A DNA stretch of 64,000 nucleotides, taken from IMG/VR virus record IMGVR_UViG_3300033145_000274, positions 1 to 64,000 of that record; one strand, written 5' to 3'. The notes below the pieces were generated by a model that was not told where the DNA came from, ran no database searches, and saw only the letters and a program-made list of their open reading frames with translations. Both the position numbers and the translations under genes were made by a program. Shown piece by piece: positions 56,408 to 64,000 of the stretch. This DNA is from a virus. The number at the start of each line of letters is the position of its first letter. Position 1 is the stretch's first letter.

Positions 56408-56768
56408 AAAACTCACCGATGAACAAACAAAGATGGCTGCTGAAGCTGTGGTGTGCTTGGTTCAAGATAGATTATACGATGCCATTTCCCGTGGTTCAAC
56501 GCTCCACGCAGCGGAAGTTGGTCGTTGTGAGGCCGAACGAGAATGGGACAAAGACCACCCTGATAATGGAGTAGGTTGCCCCGACGGCTGGGTGAGTGCC
56601 AATCCATTTCAAGACCGAAATAACTATAAGAGTGACCAAGCCGACCGGGCGATGGAAGATGTCAAAGAATGGCGTGTGGTCAGCACGTTTGTTATGACAC
56701 GTCTGTGTAGTATGTTGAAGAATACCGAACTCGAAACCCTACGTCAGAAGGACAAAACAAATGATTAA
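56394..56768 (+). CDS. Hypothetical protein (124 aa)
   Basis: Coupled ORF. Confidence 0.7.
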   Translation: MQSLKKLTDEQTKMAAEAVVCLVQDRLYDAISRGSTLHAAEVGRCEAEREWDKDHPDNGVGCPDGWVSANPFQDRNNYKSDQADRAMEDVKEWRVVSTFVMTRLCSMLKNTELETLRQKDKTND

Positions 56769-57294
56769 GTATGTCACAGGTAATTTGTTTGAGTTGATAA
56801 AGCCAGAAACATCCATCGTCATTCCCCACATATGTAACGACTCCGGTGGTTGGGGAGCGGGTTTTGTGATGGCGCTCTCGAAACAATGGCCGCCAACCAT
56901 GCTGAAGGACAGTCCAGAGTGGAAATATCGTCAGTGGTTTGATTCCAGAGACTCCCACTTCACCAAATACGACAATCCATTTAGTCTTGATAGTGTGCAA
57001 GATGTTACGCCAACCGACTACATAGTCGTAGCCAACATGATTGCACAACACGGCACCAGAAGTGCTGAAAACCCCAAGCCAATCAAGTATGCCGCTTTGG
57101 TACAGTGTATGATTAAGGTCGCCGACATGTGTCGCGACTATCGTGAAATCCATGCACCAAAGTTTGGTTCTGGCCTGGCGGGTGGCAACTGGGCGTTCAT
57201 CGAAGAACTCATTGAGGAGCTTTGGTGTAGTCGCGGAATCCCTGTAACCATTTATGAACTTCCGCCAAGGATATCACATGACGCCTCAAAATAG
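56761..57294 (+). CDS. Macro domain (ADP-ribose binding/hydrolase) protein (177 aa)
   Basis: YVTGNLFE, HICNDSGGWGAGFV, IHAPKFGSGLAGGNW. Confidence 0.88.
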   Translation: MIKYVTGNLFELIKPETSIVIPHICNDSGGWGAGFVMALSKQWPPTMLKDSPEWKYRQWFDSRDSHFTKYDNPFSLDSVQDVTPTDYIVVANMIAQHGTRSAENPKPIKYAALVQCMIKVADMCRDYREIHAPKFGSGLAGGNWAFIEELIEELWCSRGIPVTIYELPPRISHDASK

Positions 57295-57874
57295 CCCGGC
57301 AGAACTGCTGAAAGAGTTCTTATCGGAACATCGCGAGTCTAAGGACAGTGGCTTTGCACCTGTAACAGAACAGGATATGCAGCAATTGTATGAGTTGATG
57401 CACGCCATTGTAACAGCCAAGTGGAGCCCAGATTGCGATGGTGACCGACCTATCAACTTTGACATCATTGACCGCACACGGTTTGAGCCGATGCATTGGG
57501 CCAAGACACCATACCGACATCATGCTGAGTGCATGGAAAACCGCATGGCAGCCAATCGACTATTGGAAGACATACTTGATAGTTGTGTTACCAATGTCCG
57601 CACGGCAGCAGCTAGACTCGATACAGAAATACGTGTTCGACAATACTATCGGCGAGAAGAAGAAAAGCATAATGCAACATTCCAGAAAGGTCAAGAGCTT
57701 GTGTGTGTAGAGGCACCTGAAGATTGCCTAACCGTAGGTCAAACTTACATAGCGAAAAATTATTCGTATTGGGCTACGGATGGAGAGAAGGTCAGTATTG
57801 ATGCCGATGGTCGTGGCTTCTGGTATGGCAAGCCGGTTGAATACTTCACAGCCAAGGAGAAACATGATGAATAA
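57278..57874 (+). CDS. Hypothetical protein (198 aa)
   Basis: AAGGA SD, coupled. Confidence 0.7.
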   Translation: MTPQNSPAELLKEFLSEHRESKDSGFAPVTEQDMQQLYELMHAIVTAKWSPDCDGDRPINFDIIDRTRFEPMHWAKTPYRHHAECMENRMAANRLLEDILDSCVTNVRTAAARLDTEIRVRQYYRREEEKHNATFQKGQELVCVEAPEDCLTVGQTYIAKNYSYWATDGEKVSIDADGRGFWYGKPVEYFTAKEKHDE

Positions 57875-58028
57875 ACTACTGTTAGGGTCATGTGCCATGG
57901 GTCTATTGGTTAGCAACATGACAGTTCATGGTATACCACGTGGTTTGTGGATTGGTCTAGTAGCCTCGGGTGGGTATCTGATAATTATGCAGATACTCTT
58001 TGCTTGCAACGTATGTAAAAGGCTATAA
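57864..58028 (+). CDS. Small membrane protein (54 aa)
   Basis: AAGGAG SD, two hydrophobic segments. Confidence 0.6.
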   Translation: MMNKLLLGSCAMGLLVSNMTVHGIPRGLWIGLVASGGYLIIMQILFACNVCKRL

Positions 58029-58030
58029 CA

Positions 58031-58213
58031 ATGATATGTGACATGTGTGGTAAAGACAAACCAAAAACGACATGCCAACCAACCATGAGCCAGTTGGTCT
58101 TTGGTGGTTTTCCAATTCATACGCAAAGCCGTTGTGATGGTTGTGAACGCAAGGTGTGTGCGTCTATTGACAAGATATTGGACAGACTAGAAGTTGAATC
58201 ACACATGGAGTAA
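58031..58213 (+). CDS. Zn-binding miniprotein (60 aa)
   Basis: CDMCG..RCDGC. Confidence 0.6.
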   Translation: MICDMCGKDKPKTTCQPTMSQLVFGGFPIHTQSRCDGCERKVCASIDKILDRLEVESHME

Positions 58214-58217
58214 TAAT

Positions 58218-58469
58218 ATGGCAAGGGACAAATACTACAACAAGTTGGTGAAGTTTGATAGCGAGTATTTTCGCGACACGCTAGCGTCCACTCAAATCAC
58301 ATGCAACGAAGAAGAATTATGTCGTGTGTTAGCAACGTGGGCATATGATGGTGATTTTTATGTCGATAGTTGTGGTTGGGAGATGCTCACTAAAATTGAA
58401 ACACACTTCAGTAAGCGAGTACGTGAACAGGTATTATATAACCTTTTTCATCGAAACCATGACACATGA
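58218..58469 (+). CDS. Hypothetical protein (83 aa)
   Basis: GGAG SD. Confidence 0.7.
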   Translation: MARDKYYNKLVKFDSEYFRDTLASTQITCNEEELCRVLATWAYDGDFYVDSCGWEMLTKIETHFSKRVREQVLYNLFHRNHDT

Positions 58470-59050
58470 GCGAATTTGAACAGCACCTACGAGAGCGCGG
58501 CCTGAACGCGATGCACCGCTGTTGGAGCACCGGCCCACTGCCAAAGAAACCCAGGGATGAACATGTCATTTTCCCGCTTATAGCGCCTGGTGGACGATAC
58601 ATTGGGCATCAGCGTTACTTTTGGCGTCGAGATAAACTACGTAGCAATGATGAGCAAGGAAAGTACATCACTACATATCTTGATGAGTGTAAGCTTACGG
58701 GCTTTTATGGCTGGGAGAACTGCTACGGACACAGCCCTCTCTTCGTCACTGAGGGAATTTGGGATAGCATTCGCGTGGGGAACTGTTACTTCGATTGTGT
58801 GGCGCTCCTATGCAACAGTCCTAGCAGACAGTTAAAACAACACATTAGGATGCTTGCTAATGGTCGTTCCGTTATAGCTTTAATAGACAGGGATGAAAAC
58901 AAAGCTGGAGAGAGATTGGGTCGAGCCTTCGACTATGCTTTTGAACCAGATAAGTGGTATGAGGACTTCAGTGCCATGCCACATGATGTGTGTTTTGCTC
59001 GTATGACAAAAATCCTTAACACGCTAGGAAAGCTAACATGTACAAATTAG
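58466..59050 (+). CDS. Stand-alone Toprim (primase-like) protein (194 aa)
   Basis: LFVTEGIWDSI, VALL, ALIDRDENKAG Toprim motifs. Confidence 0.75.
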   Translation: MSEFEQHLRERGLNAMHRCWSTGPLPKKPRDEHVIFPLIAPGGRYIGHQRYFWRRDKLRSNDEQGKYITTYLDECKLTGFYGWENCYGHSPLFVTEGIWDSIRVGNCYFDCVALLCNSPSRQLKQHIRMLANGRSVIALIDRDENKAGERLGRAFDYAFEPDKWYEDFSAMPHDVCFARMTKILNTLGKLTCTN

Positions 59051-59123
59051 TATTGAACATGCAAGCTATTGACACCTACCAACGGCAAGTGGCTTGGTAT
59101 GGAGCTACAGAAGGAGTGCTAAA

Positions 59124-59288
59124 ATGACACAGATTTTTCAGTTTTTTCAGTATTGTGTGGACTGTCAGTGGAATAGTACGTTGGGTTGTATAGTGGAAGA
59201 ACCACATCACTACGACTACAGTCGGCGCGAACGAGTCTCTGATGTAACCCCCTGTGCTCGTTTTATGGAAATCAATATGGAGGATTGA
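59124..59288 (+). CDS. Small Cys-containing protein (54 aa)
   Basis: AAGGAG SD. Confidence 0.55.
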   Translation: MTQIFQFFQYCVDCQWNSTLGCIVEEPHHYDYSRRERVSDVTPCARFMEINMED

Positions 59289-59291
59289 ATC

Positions 59292-59489
59292 ATGAACATG
59301 GAGAGCGTTATCAGAACACTATGTGTGTTTGTGGGTTGTCTTACGTGGTTTTGCGTAGTATGTTACGTTGTTATCCAACTTGGTTTGCTAACATGCCTGG
59401 CGATTGTTGTGGTCTTATTTGTATCACTTCTATCAATTGTCGCTGGTATAGCAGGCCAGGGCATAGACATTGGAGATTCCCATGACTAA
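59292..59489 (+). CDS. Small membrane protein (65 aa)
   Basis: GGAGG SD, hydrophobic. Confidence 0.6.
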   Translation: MNMESVIRTLCVFVGCLTWFCVVCYVVIQLGLLTCLAIVVVLFVSLLSIVAGIAGQGIDIGDSHD

Positions 59490-59745
59490 TAGAGTGTTGA
59501 TGTGGATATTGTCGCGTTTGGTACACGCAACGATAGCTGGGCTAGCTGGTCTAGGTATGTTGACGGCGGTGTGCTTGTTAAGTGATGATTTCATGTTTGT
59601 GGTATGGGAACATACGTTTATAGTTATGTTCGCTGCTGTGTCACTTGGTAGTTTTATGTTAACGTGTGATGAATACATTGCCAAGTGGATGGTATTAGAT
59701 AGGCCACGTAGATTCATACAGCCACTATTAGACAAGGACACATGA
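59482..59745 (+). CDS. Membrane protein (87 aa)
   Basis: GGAG SD, two TM-like helices. Confidence 0.6.
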   Translation: MTNRVLMWILSRLVHATIAGLAGLGMLTAVCLLSDDFMFVVWEHTFIVMFAAVSLGSFMLTCDEYIAKWMVLDRPRRFIQPLLDKDT

Positions 59746-59746
59746 C

Positions 59747-60241
59747 ATGTATACACACGAAGTGGTTTGTCTAAGCATCACAACCTTTGTCGGAACCTGC
59801 GTTATGGGTGCTGTGCATTGGTATGGTCGCTTACATTGGCGTGTACCAGAGGATGCTGAGCATCGTTATTGTCAACGTGATGTTAACTATGTTTTAGGCA
59901 CAGAGAGTGCTGCCAGGCTTAGTGAATGGGATGCTGATGGTCCACCATATAAAGTTGGTGATACATCTATAAGATTTTTTTCTGAAGAACATCTTCGGCT
60001 GACAGCCCAGCGCACATGGAAGACTGTTGTTCCCCGTGGTAGGGTTTTGATTGTGTGTCAATCTGGTGAGTTGGGACCCGTAGAAGTTTTAGCTGGTCCA
60101 TCCAAATTGATACGCTTAGGTAATCAGTTATGGCAAAGCTGGGAGAAAATCGACTTTAATACGGCAGTCAACGACCCACGTTATCTGTCGTTGGAAAAAC
60201 AATGGAATGCTCTGTGGCAAAGGGCTGGATTTTTGACTTGA
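59747..60241 (+). CDS. Hypothetical protein with N-terminal TM helix (164 aa)
   Basis: AAGGA SD. Confidence 0.65.
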   Translation: MYTHEVVCLSITTFVGTCVMGAVHWYGRLHWRVPEDAEHRYCQRDVNYVLGTESAARLSEWDADGPPYKVGDTSIRFFSEEHLRLTAQRTWKTVVPRGRVLIVCQSGELGPVEVLAGPSKLIRLGNQLWQSWEKIDFNTAVNDPRYLSLEKQWNALWQRAGFLT

Positions 60242-60283
60242 CAAATCCAAAATACATGCTAAAATTAACCGAAGGAGAATCCT

Positions 60284-60769
60284 ATGGACTCACAGACTAT
60301 TGATGTTTACTACAGTGTTCAAAATGGTGGGGATGGCTCGGCCTATCCCGATTTTATGGAAACTCAGAAACTAGCCGAGTGGGACCAAGCACACATGGAT
60401 GAAGGCTGGGGCGAGTCGTGTGATGGTGTATTTAGGTTTCGTGTTCACCCTGGTAGTTATTTAGGTAGTCCTGATGTTATGACCGAACTGGGTTATTTAA
60501 TCGACCACTACCTAGAGGAATACGACTATGAAGGATGGGAACTACTAGATGAATTCATGCAAGATTTCTTTCCCAATGGCCTGCCTGTGTTGGTGGTATT
60601 TCCATCGGATGACCAGGAGTATTATCTTATATGTCGTGCCGATACCAATGAGCAAATAACGAAGAGGTATGCCTATGACTCCAAACTCGAACCAGCACAG
60701 ACTACAGAACTAGGTCGTGCTGTATTGGAAGCTACACTCAATGCCCTAAACAAAGGCCAGGTACAATGA
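60284..60769 (+). CDS. Acidic hypothetical protein (161 aa)
   Basis: AAGGAG SD; promoter TTGACA-16-TAAAAT 60238-60265. Confidence 0.75.
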   Translation: MDSQTIDVYYSVQNGGDGSAYPDFMETQKLAEWDQAHMDEGWGESCDGVFRFRVHPGSYLGSPDVMTELGYLIDHYLEEYDYEGWELLDEFMQDFFPNGLPVLVVFPSDDQEYYLICRADTNEQITKRYAYDSKLEPAQTTELGRAVLEATLNALNKGQVQ

Positions 60770-61200
60770 TAGCATATATGATAATGGACCGTAAAACAAA
60801 CCGCTGGTGGCGACGTGGGGTCGGTGCATCATGGCGTACCAAACAGGAAGAGGGAAGTATATGGAGCAGGACGGGACCTGTTGCCCTAGCCATACGACAT
60901 ATCCAGCGGTGTTCTCCGTCATCTGAGCCAGTGAAGATACAGTTTGTAATGACCACCCCTTTGGATATTGTGGTTTTAGATGGAGAAACATGGATATATG
61001 ACCAGGATTGTGATACGTGGTTGTGGGGTACAGCAAACAATGGCTGCGGTGTGTTTATTTTTGGAAATGATTGGTGTGCTAATATCGTAACACCACATGC
61101 TTATGTTGACGTAGACGCACAAGTGGGACCATGCACAACACGTGATGAGGCCATGACTAAAGCACTAAAACTTTTAAGGGAACTGAAAAATGACGAGTAA
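60766..61200 (+). CDS. Hypothetical protein (144 aa)
   Basis: ATGA overlap. Confidence 0.7.
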   Translation: MIAYMIMDRKTNRWWRRGVGASWRTKQEEGSIWSRTGPVALAIRHIQRCSPSSEPVKIQFVMTTPLDIVVLDGETWIYDQDCDTWLWGTANNGCGVFIFGNDWCANIVTPHAYVDVDAQVGPCTTRDEAMTKALKLLRELKNDE

Positions 61201-61477
61201 GACCACGGTCTTTTTGCATGATATGATTACCACCTCTGTATTGATAGTCGTGGTAGTTGGTTCAATACTAACGGGTGCAATGTTTGGCTTTACCAAGGGC
61301 TATACTGATGCAACCCTAGAGGTTCAAACCCAAGCTATGCTCCATGAGTTTGCCGAATGTCCCACGAATGGCGAGTGGAAGAGTAGACACACGGTAGCCT
61401 ATGAGTATCTAGCTACTACCGAAGCTCCTCTATACGCAGAAGATGAACAATGGAACAAACCAGAGCAACCAAACTAA
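61190..61477 (+). CDS. Membrane-anchored protein (95 aa)
   Basis: N-terminal TM helix. Confidence 0.6.
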   Translation: MTSKTTVFLHDMITTSVLIVVVVGSILTGAMFGFTKGYTDATLEVQTQAMLHEFAECPTNGEWKSRHTVAYEYLATTEAPLYAEDEQWNKPEQPN

Positions 61478-61686
61478 CACAGTGGCATGTCGTCTATATA
61501 CACCCAATCCATCACGATGGCGGCGTATGGAAGGTCATGGCGTCTTCAGCAGATGATACACTGCACAAGTTCAGGACTTGGGTAGGTTGGAGTACCCACA
61601 GGCATCGTTGGGTACCACGTAAAGCCCGTGTGGTGTGCTGTACACAAGACTATGCATGGGCGTGTGTTCAATTACTAACAGGATGA
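61450..61686 (+). CDS. Hypothetical protein (78 aa)
   Basis: Coupled ORF. Confidence 0.5.
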   Translation: MEQTRATKLTQWHVVYIHPIHHDGGVWKVMASSADDTLHKFRTWVGWSTHRHRWVPRKARVVCCTQDYAWACVQLLTG

Positions 61687-62583
61687 ATGATGATTACCAA
61701 AATGAAACGTTTTGACGGTGGTGAAGGTAACGTATGGAAGTACGTCGTCCATTTTGATAAGCCGACACCAGCCATTGCTGAAGCCGTATTATATCGCTAT
61801 GGTTCCTTCAACGAACGCACGGTTGCGTGTTGTAGCGTGCAAAGCGGTTGTCCGGTCGGTTGTACGTTCTGTGGTACAGGCAAGAAGTTTATTCGCAATC
61901 TGTCTACTAGTGAGATAGTGCAGCAAGTCATTGAGGTTTTCAAAGACCAGGGCATTGCTGATATTAACGACAACTGCGCCAAGCTACAGATTATGTTCAT
62001 GTCTATGGGTGAGCCGTTTCTGAATTACAACAGCGTGAGCCTAGCCATAGAACAACTGCATGATTTGTATCCCAATGCCGAACTCCTGGTATCAACCATA
62101 GCTCCTATGAAACCCATGAACTTGAACGATTTCATCACTTTGTCTAAGCGATGCTCCAAGGTTGGCCTACAGTTTTCCATTCATGCGTCCGATGATACAA
62201 AACGTAACGCACTAATTCCTTACAACAAGTTGTCGCTAGTTGAACTGAGGAATTATGGAACACAGTGGTGGCATAAGACTGGGAGGAAGCCGTATATCAA
62301 TTACTGTGTTACCGAAGACTTTAATTACTACGACATGCGGCGCCTGCATCAGTTATTTCCCACCAATGTGTTCAACGTAACACTATCGGTGTTATGTTCT
62401 ACAGAGGAAACCATGAAAGAGGCTGGTTATCGTGACATACAACGTATTCGTTGGATTGCCGACGAGTTTATGTCGTTAGGATACAATGTGCGTGTGTTTG
62501 ACCCCGCTGGACAAGACGACATAGGTGGTGGTTGCGGCCAATTGTGGTATGTTCAACAACATCTACTAAGGAGCCAAGTATGA
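61687..62583 (+). CDS. RlmN/Cfr-family radical SAM RNA methyltransferase-like protein (298 aa)
   Basis: CCSVQSGCPVGCTFC, MSMGEP, LQFSIH, DIGGGCGQL. Confidence 0.88.
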   Translation: MMITKMKRFDGGEGNVWKYVVHFDKPTPAIAEAVLYRYGSFNERTVACCSVQSGCPVGCTFCGTGKKFIRNLSTSEIVQQVIEVFKDQGIADINDNCAKLQIMFMSMGEPFLNYNSVSLAIEQLHDLYPNAELLVSTIAPMKPMNLNDFITLSKRCSKVGLQFSIHASDDTKRNALIPYNKLSLVELRNYGTQWWHKTGRKPYINYCVTEDFNYYDMRRLHQLFPTNVFNVTLSVLCSTEETMKEAGYRDIQRIRWIADEFMSLGYNVRVFDPAGQDDIGGGCGQLWYVQQHLLRSQV

Positions 62584-63239
62584 AAGACATGACTATTACG
62601 GCTGGTCCAGGTGATAAAGTTCGATTCTTCTTCATTGACGCAGGGCGTGATGATGATATCGAACACGCCATAAGCCACAATTTACAGTTTGATAAGGTGT
62701 ATACCATTACACGTGTTGTGGTACATAAATACACTACGCGCGTATGGCTTGATGGTATATCAACGCCCGTTGGCTTCAATAGCGTGTTGTTTGTTGATGA
62801 ACAAATTGACCGTGTTGCCTCTGCCGCTCGTCGGGCATACTACACAGACCAGGAACGTCGCACCGGCCTACCGTATGATACCGATAAGATAAACATCAAA
62901 GATACAATTTATGGTATTCGCGCCCTGGTGAAAGGCATCATATTTAATGACCCAATGTATGATGTACGAGATAACGAATCATATGACATTGGCATTATGC
63001 TGATGTCGGCTCTGGTCGTTGGTCCATATTTACCAGCCCTTATTGAATTTACTGACCTGCTAGCAGAAGACCTGGCGTATTACTTTCACATGGCCATGCA
63101 GTTCAATATATTTACGGATGATGATAAGATTGCATGTGCGTGGTTTGAGAGGGACGGCGCTATGGCTTTTCTAAGCGACATATGGTGTATCCAAGGTGTC
63201 CCACACAAACAATTGAGAAACGGAGGCGTAGTATTATGA
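62580..63239 (+). CDS. Hypothetical protein (219 aa)
   Basis: AAGGAG SD, ATGA overlap. Confidence 0.7.
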   Translation: MKDMTITAGPGDKVRFFFIDAGRDDDIEHAISHNLQFDKVYTITRVVVHKYTTRVWLDGISTPVGFNSVLFVDEQIDRVASAARRAYYTDQERRTGLPYDTDKINIKDTIYGIRALVKGIIFNDPMYDVRDNESYDIGIMLMSALVVGPYLPALIEFTDLLAEDLAYYFHMAMQFNIFTDDDKIACAWFERDGAMAFLSDIWCIQGVPHKQLRNGGVVL

Positions 63240-63487
63240 AAATACGAAACGGTTTCGTAAGCAACAGCAGTAGTAGTAGCTTTATTGTTACAGATAAGAA
63301 TCACCCATTGTGGTACTTTCTGATGGCGTTAAGCAAGGCAGGCTGTGCTGACTTTACTATTGATGAGCACAGAGTTGACGACACATGTGATAATGGAGTA
63401 TGGTTGGCTATTGGGCAGTTCAATGAGTTGGCTAACCGAAGCTTCGATTATACCGAGTTTCTCACACAAACTTCATTTAATGGGTAA
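63236..63487 (+). CDS. Small protein with MKIRNGFVSNSSSSSF N-terminus (83 aa)
   Basis: GGAGG SD; N-terminal motif recurrent in large phages. Confidence 0.7.
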   Translation: MKIRNGFVSNSSSSSFIVTDKNHPLWYFLMALSKAGCADFTIDEHRVDDTCDNGVWLAIGQFNELANRSFDYTEFLTQTSFNG

Positions 63488-63568
63488 TGATATGAAGCGA
63501 ACAAGAGCACGAAGATGAATCGTCGGACGTAGTTACTAACATGACAGTAATTTTAGAGGAGATAAACG

Positions 63569-64000
63569 ATGAGTAAAATAGTTGTTAAAGTCTGTAAAAT
63601 AGACGAAATCATACCGCATGGCAATGCCGATGCGTTAGAAGTAGCTTGTGTTGGTGCATGGACAACCTGTGTCAAGAAGGATGTATTTGCCGCAGGTGAC
63701 CTGGTGGTCTTTATTCCTCCCGATGCTATTCTTCCAAAAGAATTACATGAGCATTTGGGTATCACTCAGTATTGTGGTGAAATGCCGCAGAGTAGTGGAG
63801 AAGCTGAGCAAGGAAAGAGACGTGTGCGAGCTACACGTTTGAGGGGAGTGCGGTCGTTCGGTACTCTAATGACCATAGCTGATGTAGTAGAATACTTCAG
63901 GTCGGTACATGGTCATCCTCCTTCTCATTGTTATCCTTTTATGGAGGGCAACGAACTTTCTGTGTTGCTTGGCATCACCAAATATGAACCACCAGAGAAG
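63569..64000 (+). CDS. RNA ligase, DRB0094-family-like (5' part; runs off window)
   Basis: GAGGAG SD; IIPHGNADALEVA..GDLVVFIPPDAILP..VRATRLRGVRSFG N-terminal OB domain. Confidence 0.8.
   Translation, partial: MSKIVVKVCKIDEIIPHGNADALEVACVGAWTTCVKKDVFAAGDLVVFIPPDAILPKELHEHLGITQYCGEMPQSSGEAEQGKRRVRATRLRGVRSFGTLMTIADVVEYFRSVHGHPPSHCYPFMEGNELSVLLGITKYEPPEK

Noticed and set aside
1-64000. Stop-codon reassignment
   Set aside because: Core genes are full length in code 11, and TAG, TGA and TAA all serve as stops

Overview
64-kb segment of a large tailed dsDNA phage with a siphovirus-like long tail; standard genetic code, no sign of stop-codon reassignment. Left 38.3 kb (minus strand) is the late/virion arm: phage sigma factor, terminase, gmd, ERCC4 nuclease, portal, protease/scaffold, decoration protein, major capsid, head-tail proteins, tail tube, chaperones, a 2944-aa tape measure protein and two paralogous giant beta-repeat adhesin-like proteins. 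One adhesin (<1..4855) runs off the left edge and is missing from the ORF track. A C-tract-rich non-coding switch (~38.8-39.5 kb) separates this from an early/accessory arm (mostly plus strand) of small genes driven by about 21 sigma70-like promoters. The most striking unexplained structure is in that arm: nine cassettes, each with two 29-bp palindromes (CGTAA-N19-TTACG; 11-bp arms, 7-bp core) 53-54 bp apart and helically phased (mostly 42 or 52 bp) to a downstream promoter. Also present are a second 29-bp repeat family (CTGAYTR-N15-TAGTCAG), a tRNA(CAT), a tRNA-shaped RNA with a hugely extended central arm, and RNA/translation-directed accessory genes (bL12-like, RlmN-like, RNA ligase, macro domain). 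All functional calls come from motifs read by eye; no database searches were run.
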